From: Octopus sinensis | Taxonomy: Eukaryota | Direction: 5' to 3' | NCBI RefSeq assembly: GCF_006345805.1 | Contig: NC_042998.1 | Span: 189,720,001 to 189,784,000 of the forward strand | DNA: 64,000 nt | Part shown: positions 28,260 to 41,035 of the stretch, in pieces | Numbering within the stretch: the first letter of the stretch is position 1 | Layout of the letters: each line of letters starts with the position of its first letter | Notes under the pieces: generated by a model | What the model was told of the DNA's origin: nothing | The model's input: only the letters and a program-made list of their open reading frames with translations | Database searches by the model: none | Position numbers and translations under genes: made by a program

Positions 28260-28410
28260 TGAAATGTTGAGGGATGGGGCTAGTCCATTACATTGACCCC
28301 AGTGCTCATTTGGTACTCATTTTACCAATCATCAAATGGATGAAAAGCGAAGTCAACCTCGGCGGAATTTGATCTCAGAAACGTTCTAACGTTTCCACCA
28401 ACTCGCTGTC
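28260..28410 (-). mobile_element. Decayed SINE A fragment
   Basis: gatgaaaagcgaagtcaacctcggcggaatttgatctcagaa. Confidence 0.65.
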
Positions 28411-28454
28411 ATAACAACAACAACTGCAGCAGCAACAACAACACCAACAAGAAC

Positions 28455-28638
28455 AACAACAGTAATAGTGATACCAATAGTAATTGGTGCACTTGGAATA
28501 TCAGCACTGAAGTTCCAATTGCAAGAAATCTTTGGAGGATTCTTGAAGCATGACCAGTAAACAAGTGTCACCTTAGCCTGCTGGCTGTGGACAGCCGACA
28601 CTTTCCATCATACCCAGCAAAATAAGCTGTGAATTTTC

Positions 28639-28639
<1 letters not shown>
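28455..28639 (+). mobile_element. Third R4/Dong-type 3' end fragment
   Basis: VIVIPIVIGALG motif, internal deletion, short UTR running into (AAT)n at 28640. Confidence 0.65.
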
Positions 28640-28683
<44 letters not shown>

Positions 28684-28708
28684 TAATAATAAAAATAATA
28701 TAATAATA

Positions 28709-28762
<54 letters not shown>

Positions 28763-28812
28763 TAATAAAATATATAATGATGATGATAATAATAATAATA
28801 ATAATAATAATA

Positions 28813-28847
<35 letters not shown>

Positions 28848-28855
28848 TAATAATA
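28640..28855. repeat. (AAT)n tract
   Basis: Visible; lies between two Dong-like fragments. Confidence 0.95.
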
Positions 28856-30690
28856 GAGTCAATGTACAGACATCTGGAAAAAATGGAGTCCTGCCACAGG
28901 AGCAGAAGGGTTGCAAGCGTAAGTGAAGGGGTAGCAAGGATCAACTCCTGGTAGACAAAACTGTACTTAGAGACTGTAAGAGAAGGAAAACTACCTTAGC
29001 CATATCATGGATCGATTATCGTAAGGTGTACGATATGATATATGATACCACATTCTTGGATTATAGAATCTATGAACCTATTTGGTATTGCATCGAATGT
29101 TGAGCGATTGCTTGGAAAAAGTATGGCGAAGTGGAGGACGGAACTGACAGCATATGGAAGAAGTTTATGGACAATAGAAATCAGGAGAGGCATCTTCCAA
29201 GGGGACTGCCTGTCCCCACTGATATTTGTACTGTGCCTGATACCACTAACACTGATTCTGAGGAAAGCAAAGGTTGGGTATGTATTCAAGAGCCGCCAAC
29301 AAAAAGTCAACCACTTGTTATTTATGGATGACCTCAAACTTTATGGTAAAGATGAAGCCCAAGTCAGTTCCCTCGTTGATACAGTGTTTACTTTCAGAAC
29401 TGATATCAGAATGGAGTTCGGATTGAAAAATGCTGGTATGTTAGTCTTGAAGAGAGGCAAAATCAAATGTATGATCGGTCTAGCGATGCCGTCGGGGGAG
29501 GTTATGAAGCAAATAGAAAAGACGGGATATAAGTTCTTGGGGATATTGGAAATGGATAATTCGATGGAGAAAGAAATGAAAGAAAAATTTAAGGTGGAGT
29601 ACTTGCACAGATTGAGACACATCCTCAAGTCAAATTAAACGGACGGAATAAGATTGATGCTATAAACACCTGGGCGGTTTCAGTACTTAGATATGGAGCA
29701 TAGGTAATCGCTTGGATATAGACGAATTAAACAGCTTAGACAGAAAGACAAGGAAGTTGCTGACTTGATATGAGATACTCCATCCAAAAAGTGATACAGA
29801 CATACTGTCTGTACCAAGAAAAAGAGGGTGGAAGAGGACTGATTGGATGCGAACACAGCATTAGAGCAGAAGTAAACAACATAGCATGGTATGTAAAAAA
29901 ATGCCACAGAACCACTATTATTAGAAATAAGAAGGCCAGGCTTGTGTAGGATGAAAGATTGCAAAGATAAAGCACCGAAAGGACTTAAGAATGAATGAAA
30001 CTAAAAATATGTTGATAAAGAAAAAATGCATGGAAAATTTCATAGAGATGTTGAAGATAAGACAGACAGAGAAAAAGATGGCTATGGATGACTAAAAGTG
30101 ATTTAAAACCGGAAACAGTGGTTCTAATCTGTGCTGTCCAAGAGCAAGCATTAAGAACCAATTACATCAAATACAGAATAGACAACACACCAGAAAGTGA
30201 TAAGTGCAGAATTTGCGGATAAAATGGTGAAACCGTATGGCATATTACCAGCCAATGTACGCAACTAGCCCAGAAAGAATATAAGAGATGTCATGACAAT
30301 ATAGGAAGGATTGTCCATTGGAAACTTTGCAACAAGTATGGACTTGACAGAGCAAAAACGTTGTACGAACATAAACCCGAAAGCATCATCGAAAATAATG
30401 CAAAGATCCTATGGGATTTTATGATTCAGTGCGACCACGAGATAGAGAATAGGAAACCAGACATAGTGTTAATTGAGAAAGAAAGCAAACTATGCTGGAT
30501 CATAGCCATAGCATGCTCAGCTGACAACAAGGTATGCGATAAAGTAGAAAGAAAAGTCGATAGATATGACAGGTTAGCTTAGGAGGTTAAGTAGTTGTTG
30601 ATGAAAAAGGTGGTAGTAGTACCAATAATTGTCGGAGCTGTAGGAACAGTGAGTTAAAATCTTGAGAAGTACATGGAACAAATAGGGGCT
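28856..30690 (+). mobile_element. 5'-truncated, pseudogenised R4/Dong-clade non-LTR retrotransposon (RT, CCHC zinc knuckle, REL endonuclease)
   Basis: [48 protein letters not shown] (RT); CRICG...HITSQC (knuckle); CHDNI, ILWDFMIQCDH, RKPDIV, VVPIIVGAVG (REL). Several stops and frameshifts, including a 7-bp duplication tatgata at 29034-29047. Confidence 0.95.
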
Positions 30691-30940
30691 GCAACCCCAG
30701 TACTCCATTGGTACTTATTCTATCGATCCCGAAAAGACGAAAAGCTAAATCGACATCTGCAAGATTTGAGCAGAGGACGCAGAACTTTTGAACATACATT
30801 ACGATGCACTTAGTCCGAAGCTCAACTGACCGAGCCTATCTAGTAAAAGTGAAATATCGCAAAATACACACACACACACACACACGCACACACACACACA
30901 CACACAACACACACACACACAACACACACCACACACACAT

Positions 30941-31327
30941 TGTGGAAGCACTCCGTCGGTTACGACGACGAGGGTTCCGGTTGATGCGAATCAACGGAAC
31001 AGCCTGCTCGTGAAATTAACGTGTAAGTGGCTGAGCACTTCACAGACACGTGTACCCTTAACGTAGTTCTCGGGGATATTCAGCGTGACACAGATAGTGA
31101 CAAGGCCGGCCCTTTGAAATACAAGGTACAACGGAAACAGGAAGTAAGAGTGAGAGAACGTTGTGGTGAAAGAGTACAGCAGGGTTCACCACCATCCCCT
31201 GCCGGAGCCTCGTGGAGCTTTTAGGTGTTTTCGCTCAATAAACACTCACAACGCCCGGTCTGGGAATCGAAACCGCGATCCTATGACCGCGAGTCCGCTG
31301 CCCTAACCACTGGGCCATTGCGCCTCC
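30941..31327 (-). mobile_element. tRNA-derived SINE, family C, full length
   Basis: Intact tRNA-like head at 31327 with A and B boxes; body and tail extend to 30941; flanked by direct repeat cacacacacat (30930-30940 and 31330-31340). Confidence 0.92.
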
Positions 31328-32139
31328 TACACACACACATACACATGCGTGCACGGCCAATCTACAAACATGCACGAATAAATCGGCATCATCACTATTA
31401 TCAGTCTTATCTATCTTTAGCTTCATAGATTCAATGAAAATTTCATAAAAGACTTTCATTACCAACCGATGCATTGATCTTTAAATCCTGCTGATATGAT
31501 AGATGAATTTTTCTTAATTATCTTAAGTCAATTATTTTTCATTAAAATAAATATATTTCTCAGCGAAATGTTGATAGACGTTAATAACAACACTGATTTA
31601 TTAATAATTAACAATCAATTATTAATTATTAAGTAAAATTCATCGTCTTAATATTAAAAGAAATTCAAAATAAGTCATTCTTCTCTTCTTCTTCTCTTCT
31701 TCTTCTTCTTCTTCTTCTTCTTCTTCTTCTTCTTCTTCTTCTTCTCCTCCTCATTCTCCTCCTCTCCCCTCCTCCTCTCCCCTCCTCCTTCTTTTTGGGT
31801 TAGAAAATTTAAATATATCTAGAATTTATCGTATTCGGTAATTGGTAATTCATTAATATAATAAAATGATGAACAAAAATGCAGAATTCACGTATATACA
31901 CATTCCACGACACACACACGCACGCACGCACACTCACACACCACCACACACACGCACGCACACTCACACACACACACACACACACACACACAACACACAC
32001 ACACAAACACACACTTCCACGCACGCGCACATACCTGCATACACATTTATAAACCCGTGGACGTATATTCTCCCTTACAAGGACCATCTACTCACACGTG
32101 CGCGTTCATGCCCATACACATGTGCACGTGTATTAAAAG

Positions 32140-32184
<45 letters not shown>

Positions 32185-32811
32185 ATATAACAGTAAACAT
32201 ATTGTATGTGGATAGACTCTAAATCCTAAGTTAAGGTAAACTCGGCATGAATCAAATTATGCATCACATTCCTTTTAAGGAGGGTTAGCGTCCCAATATT
32301 GGGAGAAGACAGAGGAGTCTACACGTTATATGGTTTGGCCCACCTTTCTCTTGCGACATTAAAATGAATATTTTGTTTTTCAAGAATCTCGCTGAGGTTT
32401 TCTTCTCGGAGCATAGATATTAATATCGTTAAGTTATCTTTCCCTAGCACAGCTTGTAGTAAGGGCTAGCTTACGAGATATAATGCTGAGATTGCCAGTA
32501 GAACTGGGGCCTATGGACCCTCTGGTGTCCTTAGATCCTGAAGCACTGGTGAGCATACACATTGTAGAAATGCTCTGTGGATACTTACAGCATTCCCACT
32601 GGTTGCAAAGATGGGTGTTATAACTGTCCTAGATTATTGTAATTTTATTATAGTATTACTATACATCTAATAAGTTGATCTGCCAACGTATTTTTTAAAA
32701 ATTTCAGATTGAAAGAAACGGCTGTAACAGCACATTGAAAACGCCCCTATTAAACAATGTTTGTCATTAGCTTACTAAACACTGCTGGTCACAATTTTAT
32801 CCTGGTAACCA

Positions 32812-32814
<3 letters not shown>

Positions 32815-32904
<90 letters not shown>

Positions 32905-33138
32905 CTTCTTCTTTCTGCCGAAGTCGACTTTGCTTTACATCCTTTCTCCCGAAATTGCTGGCCTTGTGCCATAATTTGAAACCATTATTATTATTGTTGT
33001 TGTGGTTGTCGTTGCTATTATTATTGTTGTTGTTCTCATTACCACTACTACTACTGTTATAGTGACATTTTAGATTGTTTTATTTGTTATTGTTTTTACT
33101 GATGCTGCTATATTTACAACAACAACAACTACTACTAT

Positions 33139-33191
<53 letters not shown>

Positions 33192-33240
33192 ATGATAATA
33201 ATCATCATCATCATCCTCATCCTTATTATTATTAGTAGTA
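32815..33240. repeat. (ACT)n/(CTT)n/(TTA)n trinucleotide cluster containing a SINE A2 fragment (32913-32983)
   Basis: Visible repeats; gccgaagtcgactttgc...gctggccttgtgccataatttgaaacc. Confidence 0.85.
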
Positions 33241-33439
33241 TTATTATCATTATTCTCTTTATTATATGCTTGGATTAGGCATGGCCTTGATGACCCTCTT
33301 TTCTCCACCCCATCACACTCCACTTTCATGCTCTAGTACACTTTCATTTACCCCTCCCTCTGTTCTACTTTCCTGCGATATTCTAACTATACTTATTTGC
33401 ATACTGGTGTATATAAAGAGCCTGCATCTCTATTCATTT

Positions 33440-33925
33440 ATTTTTTGCCAATAATTCAGACGAAGTGAGCCGGTTGCATTTGAGCCGCCCTTTTGGCTCA
33501 CGAAATTTACGGTGACTAGCTTTCTGAAACACATGTACAATATAAAAAGAAAAGATATATACACATGCATATGAGCAGGATTTTCTCGATTGAGCCACGG
33601 AAAATGAAGGGTTTTTGAAATCGGTCATAACAGGTGACGAACCGTGGGCCTAGAGCTATGAATCCGAGATCAAGGCTCAGTTTTCGCAGTGGAAGACCCC
33701 CATCGAGATTTCAAGACGTCAAAGAAATCCAAGAGAATGCGACAAGGCAGCTACTCGCTATCCCAACCGAAAGAGTTTCAGGAATCCTTCCATCAATGGA
33801 AACGACGCTGGATAAAGTGTGTGACTTCAGTAGGGGATTACTTTGAAGGGGATTAAATGCCGAATTGATACGTGTTGAAGTCTTCCTTTTATAGCATCAG
33901 TCCCGATACTTTTTGATCATACCTC
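33440..33925 (+). mobile_element. Internally deleted mariner (Tc1/mariner) transposon remnant
   Basis: FLKSVITGDEPW..YESEIKAQFSQWKTP (first catalytic D region) joined to RFQDVKEIQENATRQLLAIP..EFQESFHQWKRRWIKCV..VGDYFEGD*; 3' TIR-like gtcccgatactttttgatcatacctc. Confidence 0.88.
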
Positions 33926-34549
33926 AAATATATATATTTTCATACATTTACATAGATGCACACATACACTCACTCACACATATATTTACTCACAAACGCA
34001 CATACACATATACACACTCACCCCCACTCACCCCAACTCTCTCTCTCTCACACACATATTTGTAGACAAATACAAGTATATCAAACACCTTACAACATAA
34101 ATCCCTGATTTATGAAAATTATCTCCCATTCAGAAGGAAGGGTCATGATTACCAAACGGCAATTAAGACCAGCTCCATATGAGAAGGGGAGATAATCTCA
34201 AGAATCAGGGATGCTCAAAATTGCTAAGCCATTAAAGAAAATGTCCGGAGATAGGACGGCTGCGGATACGTGTTTCTGGCTCAACAGTCGTCGTCAGTAC
34301 GAATGGTCAAACCTTATGTCGAGCAGACGAGGAAGCTGCACTCATACAGAAAGGAGTAGACCACATTTATGTCCTAGGTGATTTGCATCATTTAAACAAA
34401 AATGAGCCGAGAGAAATAATGCAGTGTCGCTAGGAACGTGTATATAAATAATGTAATTAAATAACATAGACAAATAGTTATATCATATAGCATACACCAT
34501 AATTCTGATTTATTAAAATTATCCTTCCATGTAGAACGATGTTATTCGA

Positions 34550-34597
34550 TATAATATAATTATATATATACATATATATATATATCTATATATATAT

Positions 34598-34660
<63 letters not shown>

Positions 34661-34676
34661 GTATATATATATGTAA

Positions 34677-34764
<88 letters not shown>

Positions 34765-35423
34765 CTGTATATATATATATATACGTGTGTGTGTGGTGTG
34801 TTTTTATACTTGTAGAAGCATATAGTACATATGTTTACGTTTAAGCATCACTTTACATCCGTTTTTGTTTGCTGATATAAATATGAAACTTCTATCTACA
34901 TGCATATGTGTGTGAGCATGAGAGTGCATGCGTGTGTAGCTATATGAGAGAATATACGTGTGCGGATTTATAAATGAGCAGCATATCTATATGTGTGTAA
35001 TGTATGTTTGCTTCAGTGCGAGAATTTATACGTGTGACTATATAAATATGCGTGTGTAATGTTCGTAAAATAATATAATGGGCAAAGTGATTAATTTTAT
35101 CAGATTAATTGCATATTTCACCTCGGGGTAGAAATGTATGAGTGTGTGCGTATACATACATACAAACATATAGAGATATATATGTATATATATGTACTTA
35201 TGTATGTGTATGTGCGAGTGTGCGCGTATGTATGTATACACATGCACACAAATATATTCATATATGAATACATGTATATGTTATATATAAGATTGTATAT
35301 GAACATATATATAAATGTATATACACATACATGTATATATGTACACATATATAGTTATAAATATATGTATATATATATATTTATATAAATGCATATATAT
35401 TTAATATTTATAAATATGCATAT

Positions 35424-35455
<32 letters not shown>

Positions 35456-35714
35456 AATACATGTGTACATATGTATGTGTTTATATATATATATGTTTAT
35501 ATATATGTATATATATGTATATATATATATTTATATTTATTATATATAAACACATACATATGTACACATGTATTGTATATAGCTAGAGTGATGGATCGAT
35601 ATAAGTATAAGTATATAAAGGTATGTTTAGAGTAAGTTATGTATCAATGGATGCATGTGCACAATATATGCATATGTCTGTCTATCTATCTATCTATCTA
35701 TCTATCTATATATT

Positions 35715-35763
<49 letters not shown>

Positions 35764-35771
35764 TATCCATT

Positions 35772-35809
<38 letters not shown>

Positions 35810-35831
35810 ATCTATCTATCTATCTATCTAA

Positions 35832-35866
<35 letters not shown>

Positions 35867-36203
35867 ATATCTATCTATCTATCTATCTATTATCTATCTG
35901 TCATCTATCTATATATCTTGCATTTACATATGCCTGTGGCCATGTATATATATTTCTGTATATATGCACATATATGTGTGTTTATGTGTGTATGATAATA
36001 CATATATAGTATATACGTTTTATATATATATATTTATATGTATTGGAACACATATATGTAGAGTTATGTATAAGCTTATATTTATGTAAGTATATGTATA
36101 TGCACTATTCTTTTACACAGACACGTATACAATAATCACCCTCTCGTGCATCGCTAGCTCATATTCAGTCATATCAAGTAAAATCGTGTCCTATCCTATA
36201 TAT

Positions 36204-36238
<35 letters not shown>

Positions 36239-36255
36239 ATATATATATATATATA

Positions 36256-36299
<44 letters not shown>

Positions 36300-36700
36300 A
36301 GTCCCGGGTTGAGTCGGGGTTAACCACAGTAAATAGGTACTCAATACATAGCAGAGTAAATTAATTTATTTTATAGAAAGAGCTTCTATAGGACTAGAAC
36401 TGTTTCATTCAAATGAAATCATCATATATATATGTATGTATGTATGTATATATGTATACAAATATATATGTATATATATACATACATATATGTATATAAA
36501 TATACTTGTATATATAATATTTATGCATATATTATATAAATATATATGTACATATATAGGTATATATATATATATTATATATATAATATATATAATATGA
36601 TATATATATATATATAGTTATATATATATATATATATTATATATATATATATAAATGCATATATTATATATGCAAATATATATATAAATATACCACACAT
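34550..36700. repeat. Large (AT)n-rich low-complexity block with (ATCT)n
   Basis: Visible; accounts for the multiple YI/IY ORFs. Confidence 0.9.
36297..36424 (-). mobile_element. Penelope-like end fragment with hammerhead-like core, inserted in (TA)n
   Basis: Minus strand reads tgatga-tttcatttgaat-gaaac-agttcta-gtc; flanked by (TA)n on both sides. Confidence 0.5.
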
Positions 36701-37871
36701 ACACATATAATTCCAAGAGAGTTAGAGGTTGTGAATCCAACCAAGGGATATTATCTATCCAATATACTGCTGGTAGAATACCCAATTATTAATATATAGT
36801 ATATCTGCATTGCATGGGAATTACGCTACTGAATGTATTAAATGGGTGACGGTAAAAAGTTGTTTTACCTTTAATTTATACAGCAATAAAGAAAATGGAG
36901 CGGATCAAGAGGTGGTATTCATCAACTTTTAGACATCATGTCTATTTATTCATTAAAAACACAATTATAACAATATACATACATGTATAACATATTATGC
37001 TTTACATGTGCTTTATATGCACTGTCTGACAAGTTGTGGTGCACCTGAGCACTGTATACAATAATTTCATTATTATCATTATTATTATTATTATATATAA
37101 TATATAAAAATATGAAAATACCTGTAATTATTAAAAGTATAGGAAGTAGAATAGTATCTTACAGCTGTTTCAGCCAAGTAGTCATAGTACCCCATAAGAT
37201 TAAGTTATAAATATAAATACATACATATATACACATTTTTACATATACATACATATACACAAATATACACAAATACATATCTATACATGTATATGTATAT
37301 GTATATGCATACAAAGAACTCAATGGTTATTATTATTTGGTGTATTATATTATTCCTATTAGATAAAATATAAACAGAGGAATGAGAAAATTATCAAAAG
37401 AGAAATGATAGCGGAATTTAAATGATCAATCTTAAGATTATTGTCGTTATGTAGGAATGATAAGGTATATAAATGAGGAATAGATACACACACACATACA
37501 CGCACATATTGACGTACAAAGATACCCATAGGTGCATACATATTTCATGTGTTGAGAAGGGAGGATTACTGTAGTATTTCGTAATTCTTAAAGGTTGATG
37601 AATACCTTCTTGATCCCCTCCATTTTCTTATTGCTACACACACACCACACACACACCACATAACACACACACCATACCCCACACACAAATATATTATATA
37701 TATATATATATATAAGATATATATACATGCATATATATAAATAAAATAAATAAATGAATATATATATATATATAATATATATAAGGATAAGATCGTTAAT
37801 TTAAAGTAAAAAACGATTTTATCAAGTGGTCAGCCTGGGAAAAAATAACCTTCAAAGGTAATAATTATTAA

Positions 37872-38012
37872 AATTATAAAATTAGGGCATCTACGAGATA
37901 CCACCATGCTGAAAATAGCAACCATGATCTGACTCTAAAGGTGATTTTAGAGTTAGATCATGGCTGCTATTTTCAGCTTGGTGGTATCTCGTAGATACTC
38001 TAATTTATAATT
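37872..38012. repeat. About 140-bp foldback (inverted repeat; MITE-like or hairpin RNA)
   Basis: Arms of about 67 bp, roughly 90% complementary, around a loop of about 5 nt (ggtga). Confidence 0.92.
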
Positions 38013-39145
38013 TTATATATGTATAATATATTATATATATATATATATATATTATATAGTTGTGTGTGGATGTGTGTGTGTGGTGTGTGTGTGTGTATAT
38101 ATATATGTATGTTGTGTGTGTATACACACACACAGATAGTATGTTTGTGTGTTTATGTAATATACTCACACTACATAGCATCATGTATGTAGGTAAGTGC
38201 TGATAGCCATATTTTTTTAAGATTCATATTTTGTATTTGTGAGTGTTTCTGTTTATTTTATGGTACCGTAGTCAATATTTTGCACAGCTACGTCTAATAC
38301 CAGATTTCAATACTCTACATATTTTCAGAATATGATAACCTTATTCAAATATAGTGGAGTAATCGGCCAATCTACAAGCGGGCTGTATATATTTGCCTGT
38401 TATTTAACACAGAAATCCAGTAACAGCAGCCCTCACTTTTGTTGCATGTGTCCCTTTAAGATTTCGATAAAATATATTGTTCATTATTGAATAATTTTTA
38501 TTTTCATTTAATTTATAATTTTGATTATATTATGTGTAGCTGTTGAACCAGGTCACACTTGATTGATCAAACACACGATGAAAGGTGTTCCAGCAATGCC
38601 CATCCCGTATAATTATCCAATGTGACCTGTATTATATGTAATTAGGGTGTAAATTTTTTTCGGTCTGTATTATTTAAGTTTAAGGAAATATCCAATTATT
38701 TTTGTGTTGGTTTTCGTCATTGAGCAGCACCCGTGGGGTGACAATCTTATCCTGGTTATAGTCGAATGATATTGTATTCATTCTTATCTATTGAGACGCA
38801 TTAAATCATCCATGAAGGAATGAAATTCAGTGGACGAAGGAGGGATATGGACTCAGAGTTTAACAAATATATGCCACAAAATATTTTGTCATGCACTGTT
38901 AAGTGATTCGCCAATCTTAAGTGTAGATAAAATAAAGCTACAAAGTTGAGAATAAACTATAAGTCAATGTGAGAAATTACTTTCCCCACCTTATCTCATA
39001 CTGTCTAACTAAAGGTAAGAAAGGAATATATCGAATTCTCCAAAATACTCTTTTATGGAGTAACTGTTGCTGACACGTAGATCATAACTTTTCTTCCTCG
39101 ATTCCGGGGTTCGCTCCCACCTCAGGTCTCCCTCTGTGCGTTGTG

Positions 39146-39245
39146 NNNNNNNNNNNNNNNNNNNNNNNNNNNNNNNNNNNNNNNNNNNNNNNNNNNNNNN
39201 NNNNNNNNNNNNNNNNNNNNNNNNNNNNNNNNNNNNNNNNNNNNN
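39146..39245. other. Assembly gap (100 N)
   Basis: Run of N. Confidence 1.
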
Positions 39246-39511
39246 CAATCCAGTAACTGAACCAAGTAAAAGTTGTACCAACACAAACACACACAGGCAC
39301 ACGCATACCCACATCCACACAAATATGTATCTATATACATGTATATACATATAATATATCTATACATGCATACACTTCCATATATTATATATTATATTAT
39401 ATATTATATATATACATACATACATATATATATACCACACACACACACACACACGTACATACATATAAATATAATATATATATATATATAGATATATATA
39501 TATATATATAT

Positions 39512-39722
39512 TTTGTACTTGTTTCAGTCATTTGACTGCGGCATGCTGGAGCACCGCCTTTAGAGTGGTGAAGAGTACAGCAGGGATCACCACCTCCTGC
39601 CGGAGCCTCGTGGAGCTTTTTTAGGTGTCTTTTTTCGCTCAATAAACACACACAACGCCCGGTCTGGGAATCGAAACCGCGATCCTCCGACCGCAAGTCC
39701 GCTGCCCTAACCACTAGGCCAT
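39512..39722 (-). mobile_element. Chimeric SINE: family C head and body joined to family B 3' tail
   Basis: 39563-39722 matches C (31170-31320); 39512-39562 matches the B tail taaaggcggtgctccagcatg..gcagtcaaatgactgaaacaagta. Confidence 0.85.
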
Positions 39723-40398
39723 ATATATATATATGCAGGCACTTACATACATGCACACACACGTATATAAACAAATAAGCATAGACAAGACACGCGTTCT
39801 CTTTCTCCGACTACTCTCTCTCTCTCCAACTGACATGCTCCAATCACCCTTAGTCCGTCCCCTGTCATTTGTTCTATCTTCCTTTCACTAGAATCAAAAA
39901 GGAAAAGCCAGGTAGCTTGTATTGTGCAAATTATATTCATTTTACACATACACACACACACGCACACATATACGCACACATATACGCACGCACACATACA
40001 CAAACATATACACACACGCACACACACGCGCAACGTACGCTCACATACACACACACTCATGTACAGGCATACACGTACACACACGCACACATATATGTCC
40101 ATGTATTCGTGTGTGTTTCCATATAGAAATATAACATATATATTCATGAATACATATATCTATCTACACACATACGCATACACACATACGCATACACACA
40201 TACAAACACACCCACCCATACACATATATATATATGCCAAATATCTACATCCTGACATGTATATATATATATGTATGTGTGTATATATATACATATTTGG
40301 CTAAGAAATATTACCATCCCGAAATACAACAATATATATCATCATCATCATCATTAATCATTATCATGTAACGTCCGTTGTCCATGCTGGCACATGCG

Positions 40399-40445
<47 letters not shown>

Positions 40446-40906
40446 ACACACACACTACACACTACAAATATATTTTGAATATATTTCTTGACGATGTGTG
40501 CCTTTCCAAAACTGAAATACGGCTTATTCTATGTAAACCATGCTACTAAGCGTTCTTCACCATTTAGTGTTTCAAACAACCTGTAGTTTGCCGATAATTA
40601 TTTTTCAGATATATTTATTCCAGATTTTAGGTCGCAGAAACATCAACTTTTAAGGTAATACTGTGGTTATTTGGAAGTACACATATTCCATCCATCCATC
40701 CATTCATCCATCCAACTAAAACAGCTATTCTCGACCATTTTTTTTTTTATCTTTAGACCCCTTTCATTAGGACTTCCATAACCGTCCGATGCTTAAAAAC
40801 TATTTTGTTTTTCACATTAGGTTGAACTGGGTAGGCTGAACTGTCTAACATGTTAGAAAAGGAACCTAGCTCTTTCTGGCGAAACATACCAATACATATA
40901 TCTAAA

Positions 40907-41035
40907 GCAGAATTTTTCAGGGGCCCTTAGAATACTATTGTGGATTCCCAATTTATTTTTTGTTGCGTAGACCCCCATAAATTTTATATGGACATTCCCT
41001 CGGGGGCTATATCAGCACTGGTTGAGAACTACTGA
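40907..41035. mobile_element. Possible decayed hAT-like MITE
   Basis: Right end ggttgagaactactg resembles the hAT-type TIR ggttgagaaccactg; left end cagaatttttca is degenerate. Confidence 0.35.

Noticed and set aside
29042-29638. Intact reverse transcriptase or host gene
   Set aside because: Bounded by frameshifts and stops; part of a 5'-truncated dead LINE.
31240-31327. tRNA gene
   Set aside because: The tRNA-like A/B boxes continue into a SINE body repeated at 23139 and 39563; there is no complete acceptor stem, so this is a SINE head.
39009-39350. ORFs spanning the N run
   Set aside because: Artefacts of translating across the assembly gap.
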